From: Sphaerodactylus townsendi
Lineage: Eukaryota
Reading direction: 5' to 3'
DNA: 64,000 nucleotides
Assembly: GCF_021028975.2 (NCBI RefSeq)
Contig: NW_025950341.1
Coordinates: 1,116,001 to 1,180,000 of the forward strand
Shown here piece by piece: positions 13,681 through 25,862 of the stretch. The notes under the pieces are model-generated. The model saw only the letters and a program-made list of their open reading frames with translations. It was not told the origin of the DNA and made no database searches. Numbering within the stretch: the stretch's first letter is position 1; each line of letters opens with the position of its first letter. The position numbers were made by a program, and so were the translations under genes.

Positions 13681-14603
13681 TGTCAGGATTTTTTATACAT
13701 ACACACACTCAAAGCCAAAATGAGTAACAGTTCAGGCTCAACAAACGAAATGACAAGTGCAATACCCACATATAGTCAATTGGACTAAAGCCAAGAGCAT
13801 CAAGCTAATTGCCAAAAATAAAATAATAATATAAAAAATATCCATGGTACAGCGTAGCCTTAATTTCAAAAGAAGCTAGCAAAGGAAAAAATTCTGCAGC
13901 CAAAGTAGCAGCCAAGATGGCACCAGTGTCAGAATTTGCTTTGTTACCCTGTGGCTTACCTAACATAACACTGTATTGCTTTGAAACGGAGACTTTAGGA
14001 ATCAAGTGGATGCTACACACTCCTGGAAGACCACAAGTGGAATGAACTGATCAGCAGCCAGCAGAAGAGACTTTTGAGTGAATTTTGCCAGGAGGCAAAT
14101 CTGAAATGGCCAGATGTTCTTCCTAAAGCGTTGTCTCGCATCAAACTTCTTAGGAAATCGGGGTTTAGTCCCCCCAATTTGATCTGTGGTAGGCCTTGGA
14201 GCATGAGGCAGAATTCAGATTCTGAGACTAGAAATCAGTCTTTATCAGAATACATGCTGTTGTTGGGTTCTGTTTTATCTCTTTTTGGGTATGTGAAGGA
14301 GAATCTGCCTACACCAACCAACACCCCTGTGCACCCATTTCAGCCAGGAGACTGGATCTACCTCAAGAAGTGGACATCAGAACCTCTTCAGGAGAAGTGG
14401 ATGGGTCCTCACCAGGTTCTGCTAACCACAGATGCAGCATTGAAGCTGGAGAAGGTCAAGAAGAACTTTGTCTTAGAGAGACACCCTGTGTTCGGCACAG
14501 TAAAAACAAATCTTTTTGTTTAAAGCCTGATTTTTGGTATTATTTCCTTACCAGTCTTTATAAATGTAACTGCGCAGGGCTAGATTCGAGGTCTGGCCTG
14601 ACA
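13681..14603 (+). mobile_element. Heavily deleted class I (gamma/epsilon-like) ERV remnant: RNase H trace, integrase C-terminus, LTR end
   Basis: LGIKWMLHTPGRPQ, CQEANLKWPDVLPKAL, HPFQPGDWIYLKKW...KWMGPHQVLLTT (GPY/F module); bounded by tgtcagg...cctgaca; no TSD seen. Confidence 0.8.
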
Positions 14604-15639
14604 TAAGCCTATTTCAAAATGGCTACAGTTTGGCTAATACATACAGTTTCTCCACATATGGGATAGATATTGCATGCATAAAAGGCCTCAGAAAGGTGCA
14701 GGAAATTTAGAGTGAAGGTGGAAATTGCCCTTCTGTTCTTCCCACCCCAAACTGTTGGCTTGAACAACAGAGAAAAAGGAAAGAAAGACACTCTTTTTCC
14801 CTTCCCTTTTCCAATGCAGACATTAAAATCTTTGCTTCTGTCACTGTCCAGCTTGGAGGGGAAATTTCATTGTATAAATTGCTAGTAAACCTCATGATCA
14901 AGTTACCACACAGAGTTTATATAAAATTTGTGTAAGTACAGCTGTTGAAATTCCACTCTGCAGTCTTTATGTTTGCTTGCATTTATTTTGTGTACAACTC
15001 TCCTTTTCCTCAAGTCTTTCTTATATCTTCACCCAAACTTGATGTGAAAAACTCTTTGTCAATATTTACACAGTTCATTTGCTATTGATCTGTCTGTTTA
15101 TCCTCATTCCGAAACCATCTAGTACTCAAGCATTTGAAGCCCAAGAAGGAAGAACAGCATTCCACCCCACCCCCAGTTTCAAGCATTTGTTTTCAAAGTT
15201 CAGTTGACATTTGTCATGAAAAATGCAACTGCCTTAAAATGAATGCGACTTAACACACACACACACACACATATATTTCCTAAAGATAAGGGAGCGAAAA
15301 CTCATTATATTTTCTACAAAGATTTGACCATAGGGAACAAACTAGAAATCACTTTCACAAACAAAATCAACTATGCCAGTAAGTTAGACTCAGGAGACAA
15401 GCTAACTGTCATTTTGATATAATATACTTGCTCGCCATAGATAACTGGGAATAAGCTAAACAAATGTACTTGGACTTCGAATTGCTTGAGGACAGAGCTA
15501 GCTAAAGAACAGAAATAGGCCTATGACAATCACAAACTTAAAAAAAGACCAAGACCACATACATAAATGGATCCATGAAGCTTCCAGGCATTACTCCTTG
15601 ACTGAAAATACAATATGCATACATATCTCATGGATATAT

Positions 15640-15745
15640 GAGCATATCTTTTCGGTGCTGAAAGAGCTTCACTGGCTTCTGGTATGTTTCCAAACTCAAT
15701 TCGAAATGTTTATGCACACCAATAAAGCCTAATGGAGTGCTACAA
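15640..15745 (+). mobile_element. L2 LINE ORF2 C-terminal fragment
   Basis: VLKELHWLLVCFQTQFEMFMHTNKA resembles L2 LHWLPV.FR..FK...T.KAL. Confidence 0.6.
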
Positions 15746-15920
15746 CTGAGAAGGCCCTGCTATCAGTGACTACCTGCCTACCTAGTTTCTGACACCAGAG
15801 CACCACCCTCCATTATTTCTGCATACACTTTTGAACACATAAGATGGAGGGGTGTGACAAACCTCACCCTTTCAGAGAAGCAGTTGATGGCGATCTATTT
15901 CATGTAGTTCCTCATTTAAC

Positions 15921-16198
15921 AGAGCCAGTATGGTGTAGTGGTTAAGAGGGACAGACTCTAATCTGAAGAACTGGGTTTGATTCTCTACTCCTCCACATGA
16001 GAAGCAGATGCTAATCTGGTGAACCATGTTTGTTGCACCACTCCTAGACCTGCTGGCTGACCTTGAGTTTTCAGAACTCTCTCAGTCCCACCTACCTCAC
16101 AAGGTGTCTGTAGTGGGGAGAGAAAGAGAAGGAGTTCGTAAGATGCTTTGAGATTCCTCACAGTTGAGGAAAGCGGGCTATAAATCCAACTCTTCTTA
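15921..16198 (+). mobile_element. Squam3-like tRNA SINE
   Basis: agagccagtatggtgtagtggttaag head, gggtttgattc B-box, tataaatccaactcttctt tail. Confidence 0.85.
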
Positions 16199-17184
16199 AA
16201 GAAAGAATGCCTTACGGAATGCCCCACAGTTGTCAGCCTTGACAATTTGGCCTGTGTGGTACATTTCATATTAAAAATAGCTTAATTTGTCTAAAAAAGT
16301 TCTTCATTTAGTATTTTAAAATTCAGTTGTTTGAAAAAAGGTTTAAAATGGATCATTTGTTCATTAGTCAATTAATGTCCCTTATACATGTTCTTCCTTT
16401 GTGACAGAAAAGCCAACTCAAATTGATGACCAAAGCAATTTATGCTTATTAAATCCAGAACGAACTGGTTTCTTTTTCTCTGTTCTGTCATGTACTGGAA
16501 TAAATGCTGGCCTATTAGTTGTAATGGACAATGAAGAATATTGAATCTGGGAATACTTTTTATATTTAACTTCCATTTTTTAAATTAAATGATTAAAAAG
16601 CAATTCTACAGCTTGATTTGGGCTCTCATTATTCACTAGAAATCCACCATACATATGTCATGCCACATCTTTCCACTAGAATATGTATTTTCTATGAACA
16701 AGAAAAATGTAGGGGAAATCTATTTAAATACCAATATCTATTTGGCTTTCCACCCCCCTCCCCCTCCCACTATTTATGTTAAGAACAAGAGACTGAAATG
16801 TAACAACTTGCAAAAAAACCTTTCCGTGAATATCTTCATCAAAGAGTAGGTCAATATATACCATAACCCAGGAGAAGCTGAGTCTGTGTATTTATTTTAC
16901 TTACATCTCACCCTCTCGCCATTAATACCGAGTTTGGCTTACAGAATATAAAAGTACAGCCCTAATCAGAGCTACACCCTTCTAAGACTACTGAACTCAG
17001 TGGAGTTTTACATAGTTGTAAACCCTCATTTAGCCACTGTAAAATTCAAAAGAGAAACAAGTGTAACACCTAAAAAACTGACAGCCTATAATTGCAACCT
17101 CACTATACAAATCACAAAACTAAACATCACCAATGTGAACGTGCAGTAGCCTCAAATCAACTGGGACCGACCTTCTTTGTCTTG

Positions 17185-17350
17185 TGGCTACCCTGAGTGG
17201 AGTGAGATTCATGAACATTGGAGAGAGGGTCTTTACAGCTGTAGCCCCCATGCTTTGGAATTCCATGCCCCAAGAGACCTAGTCAGCTCCTTCATTGTTG
17301 GCCTTCTGGGAGGTGATGAAGAAAGTTCTTTTTGAATGGTCTTTGAGGGA
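17185..17350 (+). mobile_element. L2 LINE 3' end fragment
   Basis: gagagggtctttacagctgtagccccccatgctttggaattcc, an RAFS.AAP.LWNSLP-like motif. Confidence 0.55.
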
Positions 17351-18524
17351 GACTAAACCCAATATGATTATTTTAGTGCTGGAGTAGTAATAAAACCAGC
17401 TGTCTGCCCATTTAAGCTATCGTGATCTCACTAGAAGGACCAAGGGTGGCAAACTGCAAGAAGCAGGAAACACTGACTGGGCACCAGGCAGTGTACTACT
17501 GTGAGGAACCAGGAAGGTACCCCTTTCCACTGGCCTACCTTCACTGCTGCTGGTCATGGTACATGTACAAAAAAAGGCAAGAGGTATGGCACCCATTTTT
17601 TTGATGCTTGCAGCAGATTCTTCCAAAAGGCAACAAAAAATTGCTCTTCTATATAGTTTTATGACCCAGTTCATGACATTTTGTGACTCACTGTAAGGGT
17701 CTGACCCATAAGTTGAAGACCTCTGTTCTAGACATGACTGGAGCAGCAAGTCTCAACCGCTGTGTTTTTCTGTTTTGGATGGAATCACATGAACCCAAAG
17801 GACTGATTTTGTTACTGCTCATCCATTCTTTGGTAGAATTTGCCTTTTTGAAGTCCAGCAATTGTCTCGTCTTTTAACATCACACATCCAGTGATCCACT
17901 TCCCAAAGCTACATTGTTCTTCATCAGGAACATTTTTCTGTAAGGTCAGAAAAACCAAGAATATGGAGAAAGAACCATAGATAAAACAAAAATGTTGTAA
18001 TATTCTTAAAATAAAGAATACCATTCCAAGTCCATGAATTTTTGATACTGACCAGACATCATAGTCACTGTTACCAAACAATTTACCGTCAACTGAAACA
18101 TGGATTTGAGTAAGATATTCTAAATGACATTATGGTCCTGTGAATCATCACTTCAAGTCCATGCTTTATCTTTTAAAAGATCTGTGAAAGATCTCATGCA
18201 AATACTTTGACAAAAAAAACTGTTCCATTCATTTGTTCAATGTAGTAGAATGTTGAACCCACACTGATATTTCTAGAGCTGCCTTGTTTTATTTTTTCTT
18301 CTCTTAGCATTTCATTGTAGTAGGGACAGAGTTATACTTCGTAGATAAGCATTGCAGACTACTGTATTTTTTTTACATGGAAAATTGCATTGTAAGGTGC
18401 CTGTCCTTTACCTACCATAACTTTGTTTCCCATGGAATCCTGTGAATTGTTCTTCATTGTCTACATGATGGATTAGGTTTCAAAGACAGAGCCTTCTTGA
18501 AGAAGCTCAGAGGTTAGATTCTGT

Positions 18525-18770
18525 GTGTGAAATGCTGTCAAGTCACAGCTGACTTACAGCGACCTCTGGTGGGGTTTTCAAGGCAAGTGATTAAGCAGGG
18601 GTGGTTTGCCATTGCCTTCCTATGCAGAGGCCATTTCCACATGGGCGGAAGAAACGGCTGGCCACCAGCATAATTTATGCCAGTGGAGCCTCGGGACCGC
18701 TTGCACGGTTCCATGTGGGGGTTCTTGAAGCCGTCGCGGGCTGCAGGGGCAGCTCTGCACAGAACCACCT
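18525..18770. mobile_element. SINE tail (minus) followed by the left end of a PIF/Harbinger-like MITE
   Basis: gctgtcaagtcacagctgacttacagcgacc tail; aggccatttccacatggg resembles the TIR of 23624-24033. Confidence 0.55.
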
Positions 18771-20698
18771 CTACTCCTCCACTCCTCTACTACAATCCTA
18801 TGGAATAAAAAGAGACACAGGAAACAAAAGCAGATGTTTCAGCTACAGGAAGTGAGTGCTTTTCTTGCATGTCAGCCCTAGCAAGATCCTTAATGGAGCT
18901 TTCTTGTCTGAAGACCTAGTTCTCCTTGAAGGACAGCCCCAATGGAACCAGAACAAGCAAGATACAGCCTTTCAAAAGCCACCACAGACTTGGCAACCCC
19001 ACCACAAGCAATAGTCTCAGTAAGAGCCCCAGCTGGAGCAGGATGTTGGAGAACAGAGAATGTTCATTCTACTGAAGAAACTCCTACATGAATTGGATGC
19101 ATTAAGGTGGAGACAAGGATTTTAATGGCATTAAGTTAATGACAAGCTGATGGTGATGATAAAGCAAGTGCCTTCTAGCCCACACCATTGCACTGAGGAA
19201 GAGACTCAAAACTTGACTTAGACCTATTTGTGATAGACCCTGCATCATTCAACACTATCTTTCCTTAACTCCCAATGTAAAAACGTTAGTCATATCACTC
19301 AGAATGTTTCTGAAGGATTATAGAATTTATTTTATATGATTTATTGGTTTTCTATCTTTCTGAGAAGGCCAAACTTCTATCTGCTAAGTCATTCTGGGAA
19401 GTCATATCTGTATCTGTAGATATGATGTGTGACATACTATCCACTGTGCTTGTATGTTACACCAGAGGATTTCCATAAAGGGTGTATGTGAAAATTCCTG
19501 TTACTGCTCATATGAAAGGGGTTTTTTTTGGGGGGGGGGGGTCTGTTGTTTCCTAGGAGCAGCATTTCAGGTGCCATTGGGCTACTGTAGGAGTTGAAAA
19601 CAAGAATGCACACTCTGCTGATGGAAATATCTTTCATCAGTAAAAACTGGGTTCCCTTAGAATCCAAAACTGAAACCCTGAAAACTGAAAATGATTTCAA
19701 ATCATTGTGTTGACAGAACCTAGTTTGCAATAACCATCGTTTGCATTAGTGAAACCATGGTTAATTCTGGAGGATGAAGGAAGAAAGCTCTCTAGAGTAG
19801 GAAGAAAGGAGAACACATTCATAAGACCAAGTCTTAATCTGCAGAGTGTGTACCAAACCATCAAATACAAATCTTTCAAAGGAAATTGAAGAAATATATT
19901 GAATTACATATTTTATTAAGTATCAGGCAACAAGGTAAGACAGGAACACATGTTGATATCTCACAATATACTTCCAGAAGTTCCTCTGATATCAGGATGC
20001 ATACAAAATTTTATTTTATATAAAAGTAACAAGACACCGCTAATCTATTTCTGTACAAAATCACATTAACAAAAAGTATATGAATAATACATGTTGCTTT
20101 CTTTTTTAAAGGCATATCAAAAATACAGCTCACCAGCTTTTGCCGGTCTCACAGCAAATAATTTTAAAATATATAATAAAGATAGCTTGCCTTTATTTTC
20201 CTCTCTTGGTTTTAAACATGTATTAATTCAAGCCAACATAACACTGATTAATCAATTAGATAGCTGTTTTATTAATTCCCTAGTATTGTATACAGATTTA
20301 AGGATGGATGATGGGATCATTATTAGGAAAACAAGCAAGTATAATGGGATCTTTCTTGTAGGTTTACATATTTTACAATTAAAAGGGTATCATAATTTGT
20401 ATAATACATGGAACAACCATTGAATAAGCAATAATCTTTGATAGGTTAGAAGCTGTTGTAAAAATTCTTTACTGCTGAAAGCATCATTTAAAACTTCAAT
20501 TTGACTTCTAATAAGTCATGGGAGAAACTGTTTTTGCTATGTGTATTAATAATTATTTTTACAGCACCGGTTTTATCTGAAATGGAGTAGGCAACTGGAA
20601 GACAGAAAGCTGGGTAAAGTCAATGGACTGGATGCTACAAACATATAGATATGGAATGTCTGAGAAACAGATAAACCCATCTAACAGTTCTCCTAGGC

Positions 20699-20802
20699 CA
20701 GGGGTAGGGAACCTGCGGCTCTCCAGATGTTCAGGAACTACAATTCCCATCAACCTCTGTCAGCATGGCCACATCTGGAGAGCCGCAGGTTCCCTACCCC
20801 TG
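20699..20802. mobile_element. Palindromic hAT MITE with an internal deletion
   Basis: TIR caggggtagggaacc / ggttccctacccctg; perfect TSD tcctaggc; 44 bp shorter than 42796-42943. Confidence 0.93.
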
Positions 20803-21299
20803 TCCTAGGCAAACGATTCCCAAAAGGAGACATAGTGGCTCTCTTGAATAAAATGGAGATTGTCAGATGGGCCCTCAGGAGCTGGCAGAAACAAGAGGTT
20901 TAAGGGATTAGGGGTTTGCCAAACTGAACCCCACCTCCGAAATGGCACCATTTAGACAATCTCCATTTAGACAAAGTCAAAAAAGTCAAAATCGGGGGGG
21001 GGGGGGAGAACCTGAATATGTTTGGCTTTTCCCTGGATTTTCAACTTTTCCCAAGACCTCATGGAGCCATTCCCTTTAATTTTCAAAGGCAATTACTCTA
21101 TGTTAGTCAATGGGAAATCTTTGTGGGAACCTGGAAGGGGGGCATATTTTCAGTGTAGCTTCTGGTGCCTCTTCTTACAAGAACCCCCAAGTTCAGATAA
21201 GTTGGTTCAGGGGAAACAATTTTATGGGTGCCCAGTTTTCCTCTATTTGGTGGCCCATAAAATTGGATCCCAGAGCCAATATTTACCAAACCCAGGGAT

Positions 21300-21560
21300 T
21301 CTTCTGAGGAGATTACTGACTCATGGTGTGACATCGCATCATGACGATTACTAGGCAGAATGTGTTTACAGGGTGGTTTGTTATTGCCTTCCCCAGACAT
21401 CTACTCTTTACAACCCACAAGCTGGGCACTCAGAAGGATGAAAGGCTGAGTCAACCTTCAGCCCGCTACTTGAAACCAACTTCTGTCAGGATCAAACTCA
21501 GGTTATAAGCAGATCTTTGACTGCAGTACTGCAGCTTACCACTCTGCACCATGGGGGTCC
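21300..21560 (-). mobile_element. Sauria SINE (Squam1-like)
   Basis: gaaggatgaaaggctgagtcaacctt body and tRNA head gactgcagtactgcagcttaccactctgcacca. Confidence 0.75.
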
Positions 21561-22797
21561 TTCAAGAGGCTTAGAAGCATATAATTCATATAAACAGTTC
21601 CGCTGGATCAAACCAGTTGTCCATCTAGTCCAGCATCCTTTTTTACACAGGTGCCAACAGGTTGCTTTGGAAAGCCAACAAACATATCATAGAGGCCTAA
21701 TGTTGCCTCCCAAAATTGGCATTCAAAGCTTGACTGCATCTGAATGTAAAGGTTCCCTTCAGCCACCATGGCTAGAAATAATAATTCTTCGTTGGATGGC
21801 ACTATGGACCTGCGGTTCTTGATGCTACTTTTCTTCATCATTAGTAACTGCTGCAGGAATCCAAACATACCTGCCCATTAAATGACTGCTTTATGCATAT
21901 GAACAAGTGGTATTCAGATCCTTAAGGCACAATAAAATCATTAGTCTTTATGATCTCACAGGACTCTAGTTTCCACTCAAATGTTATTGACTACAAGATG
22001 CTATGGGTGGAGTCAGATGACCTATTAATCATATATTTGCATTGTAACATTTCCTCCCGCATATTGTTGAAAGTTGACAGTTGACAGTTGATTGGATTTG
22101 CTCTATTTAAAATTTAATTTAATAACAAAATTTAAAACAAGGCTTCATCATGAAGGACATTTGTCCTGCTACACAACATAGCCTGATCAGCACCTAATTC
22201 TGCAAAATATACACCAGCCAATTGCCAATGATATCTGTTTCAGCATTGCAAAGACTTTACACAGATATCAAAATGCTTACTGCGTTACTTCAGCCTATGC
22301 CACAGACCATTCCCACAATAGTATTCAGTTGCATTGGAAATGGCAATATTTCATATGATAGTACTGGAGAAAGTGTCATTTTTTTCCCACAGAGTCCTCT
22401 CAGCAGCAGTTTCAGTACACATATGCTTCATCAACAGACCAAATAGCTACTTCTCAGAGCCAACTCAGGTCAGGAAAATGTCATACAGAGGATAAAGCTT
22501 AACCTCACTTTTAAATAATTGATCACAGAAAACCACTGGGAGCTCTGATCATGAAGCTTCCACCATCTTGTTAGGTGTAGTCCCTAGTCAAATAGCTTCA
22601 AGACACTGACAATATTCAGCTAAGCAGAGAACTTCTGATAGAGAAATTGTTTGCACAGTTTGAGTATGGGCTACAAAAGGGGGCAAGGGTTTTTTTAATG
22701 AATGTGGACAGCCAGGAGGCAGGAGGTCGTTAAAATGTGACTTTTGAGCAAAAGCTGTTGCTTGTGTTTTTAGGATTTTATGTTCCAATAAGAAAGC

Positions 22798-23035
22798 TAG
22801 CCAGGTGTAATAGTTAAAGTGTGGGACTAAAATCTGAAAAACTCAAGTTTAAATGCCCACACTGCCACGGAAACTTGCTGGGTGACCTTGGGTAAATCCC
22901 ACACTCTCAGCCTCAACTCTGGCATGCATTTGATTGGGAGACCTCCAAGGAATACCAGGGATGTGATGCAGAGGCAGGCAATGTTTTGAAAATCCCTCTA
23001 GGGGTTGCCATAAGCCAAATGTGACTTAACAGAAA
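22798..23035 (+). mobile_element. Adjacent tRNA-SINE head and 5S-SINE body/tail fragments
   Basis: ccaggtgtaatagttaaagtg...gggtgaccttggg; gattgggagacctccaaggaatacc...gggttgccataagcc. Confidence 0.6.
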
Positions 23036-23623
23036 AAAGTGTTACAATATTACAGAAAGAAGTATAAACAAGATCAGAGCCAGGAGGAAGAGCTGAGCTT
23101 CCAGGCATATTGCACTTCCCTTTTCTCAAACTTACAGCCTCAATTCAGCAGTGCTGAAATATCAGCAAGAAATACACTAGCATGCTCTCTAAAACCCAGG
23201 GGCGTACCTAGGCAAACTGTAGCCCGGGGACAAAACTTGAGTTTGCCCCCCCCCCCATCACGACCAAACAATGATTTTTTTTGCACCAGGTCATTTCTAA
23301 TCACCATCACATTATAGAACATGCCTCAACGCAGCACTAGTCCATACCACTCAGCAGAAATCAAACATTTAGACAATTTTTTCAAAATGCTTTCAAAATG
23401 TTTTATCACTGCTGTGAAAACGTTTACACTGTTATATCCAGCACCCCCAATTGACCCCAGCATTGGAAACACAGCACAGTGCTGGGAGGAAGAGAGAGAG
23501 GGAGAGGACAGGGACAAATTTCAAGTCATGTTTTCCACAGTAGTTGCACACTACTTGGATTTTAATACTGACAAAGGCACTAACTGACATGAACTCACAG
23601 TCTTCTGAAAATAACTTAACTTA

Positions 23624-24033
23624 GGCCGTTTCCGCACGGGCAAAATATGACGTCGTCGCAACGGAAAAAGAAGCGTCAGAGCGAGCGTCAAGACGCCGCT
23701 AGCGCGATAGGCCCGCCGCCAAAACGCCAAACCTGCCGAAGACGGGTGCAGACCAGAAAAAACGCTTAAAACCACTCTTTTCCCATGTGACGATCGACGC
23801 CAAGACTGCATGCAACAGCCGCCACGGAGCTGTCGCCAAAATGGCGTCAGCTCGCATCAGCCGCGGCGCGCAGGCTAACATCGCAGACGCCGCCTCGCTT
23901 CCCGCGGCGAACTGGTCATTACATACCCGCGTGGGCTGCGGATCGCGAAGTCTCGCCTTCTGCTCCAAACGTTTTGGGATGTCAGCAATTTGCACGCCAT
24001 CGCTGTTGCCTGCTTTTGGCCGTATGAAACGCC
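23624..24033. mobile_element. CpG-rich PIF/Harbinger MITE
   Basis: TIR ggccgtttccgcacgg / ccgtatgaaacgcc; TSD tta. Confidence 0.85.
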
Positions 24034-24994
24034 TTAGAAAAACACAATTATAGTCTTGGAAATAACCTCGAACAACTGCTTTTTCCTCTGAAATATGTTC
24101 AAAGCCTAGAATGTAAGAAACTCATCTATGACTAACTAAGAAGGCACCCCAGACTACCTCTCAGTTCAGAACTATTCCATTGTAGAGATAGGAACCAAAG
24201 CCAGCTTCTGCTGGAAGTTTGATGTCTGGACACTCATTCTGTGGGCAGCAGCTTCACCTTCAACTGCGCCCCCGTAGCATTTGCCCCTCCAAAGCAAACT
24301 TCAGCAAAGTTGACTGGTTCCTTTTCAGGACACTCCAGCAGCAGCTCCTGAAGTAAATTTTGGTGCCTCTCTATCAGAGCAAGACCCCAGCAGAGTGCAC
24401 TGCCATTGAAATCTCTACCACCAGAGACAGCTTGGCATAACAGCAAGCCTCACCCAATCCCACACCTCTCTACTGCTTCAAATAGAGTGAGAAATATAGC
24501 ATTTTCCCCTCCAGAAGAACAGAGGCACACACACCCTTCCCTACTGCCTTCCACGCACCTCCCTTTTAAAATACAGCTTTCACTTTACAACACCTAATGA
24601 ACTACGCATTATCAAGGGGGGGGGCACATTTGTAAAGCCCTGAATCTCCTACCAAATCCACACAGCACTACACCAAGCAGTTGCAGAAACACAACTCCCT
24701 CCCCCCCCCAAACCAAAAAACCTGAAGTGGCGAGACCCACAGATCCGCCCAGGGCACAGCAAGAACTACAGGAAAACAAACCACTTCTAAAGAAAAGGTT
24801 GCTTTTCTTTTTTAAAAAGCTAAGACAACAAACTTAAAAGTAGAACCAAAGCAAGCTAGCAAGTAACAGCCTAGCCACAAAGCAGGGGTGGGGGGACAAA
24901 CTGGGAGACACCTATATAGAAATTTCAAACCCAAACTAACAGAAGAAGGTAAAATTATGAAACCACAATACTGGGCTACAGGGTGTAACACACC

Positions 24995-25127
24995 TCTTCT
25001 CTCTGAAGATGCCAGCCACAGATGCAGGTGAAACGCAGGGGAACAAGATTCACTAGACCATGCATTACACAGTCCGGAAAACCCACAACAACCAGTTGAA
25101 TCCAACTTAGAAGCCTTTGACAATACA
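24995..25127 (+). mobile_element. Penelope-like element 3' end with hammerhead-like core
   Basis: ctctgaagatgccagccacagatgcaggtgaaacgcagg...gcctttgacaata; homologous to 57961-58085 and 33545-33617. Confidence 0.75.
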
Positions 25128-25327
25128 AAAAATAAATTTTGTTTTGTAAAATAAGATGTCAATGGTAAATTTTTCCTTGCAATAAGAAAAGTTCCGAAGT
25201 TATGTGAACACATAGTTCAGAAATTAGTTTTTTAAGTCTACTGAGTTATACCTTAGCTAAGATTTTACATCCTCTTTATTAAGGATTTTAGTTTTAAGAA
25301 TAATTGAATAATATAAAGAGATCCCAC

Positions 25328-25862
25328 CAAAGTGGTGGGATCCAAAACTTTTAGTGTCAGGTTCCCTCGCCAGCTCCCTCAAAGCAAAGTGCGTAGAGGC
25401 TGCATGTAGGCAAACCTGAGCCCTGGGCAAAACCTGAGTTGGATGCCCCCCCCATGGGCAGCCACCCCACCACGACCCCAAAAAAAATTTTTTGCACCAG
25501 GTCATTTCTAAATCACCATCATATTATAGAAAATGCCCCAACTCACAAATCTGAACACAGCAATGGTGAAACACACAGGTTCTTTGATAGAGACTGGTGA
25601 GATAAAGGCAACTTAAAAGGCTGAGAATCACTGAATTGCAGGTCCTGAAAGCGATTAACCCAGTTCAGGGAGTGACATTATTAGTCGCACTTGCTAAATG
25701 GAACTCCTTCATGTTCAGCAGCAGGATGCCTCTCGGGGAGGCGAGGGCGCGGAGATGGAAAAGCTTAATCACTTGGTAACCCCCTCTCGGCACACACAAT
25801 ACCAGTCAATTAGTAACCCACTCTCGGGAACTGGTGGAGAACCCGCTGGATCCCACCCTCTG
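25328..25862 (+). mobile_element. Nested non-autonomous hAT element
   Basis: TIR caaagtggtgggatcc / ggatcccaccctctg; perfect TSD gatcccac. Confidence 0.8.

Noticed and set aside
14074-14523. 149-aa integrase ORF as a domesticated gene
   Set aside because: Lacks the N-terminal and catalytic core, has a stop and deletions just upstream, and is truncated before the end of the GPY/F module.
17440-17725. Possible hAT MITE
   Set aside because: A right-end-like gttgaagacctctg is present, but I could not identify a matching left TIR or TSD.
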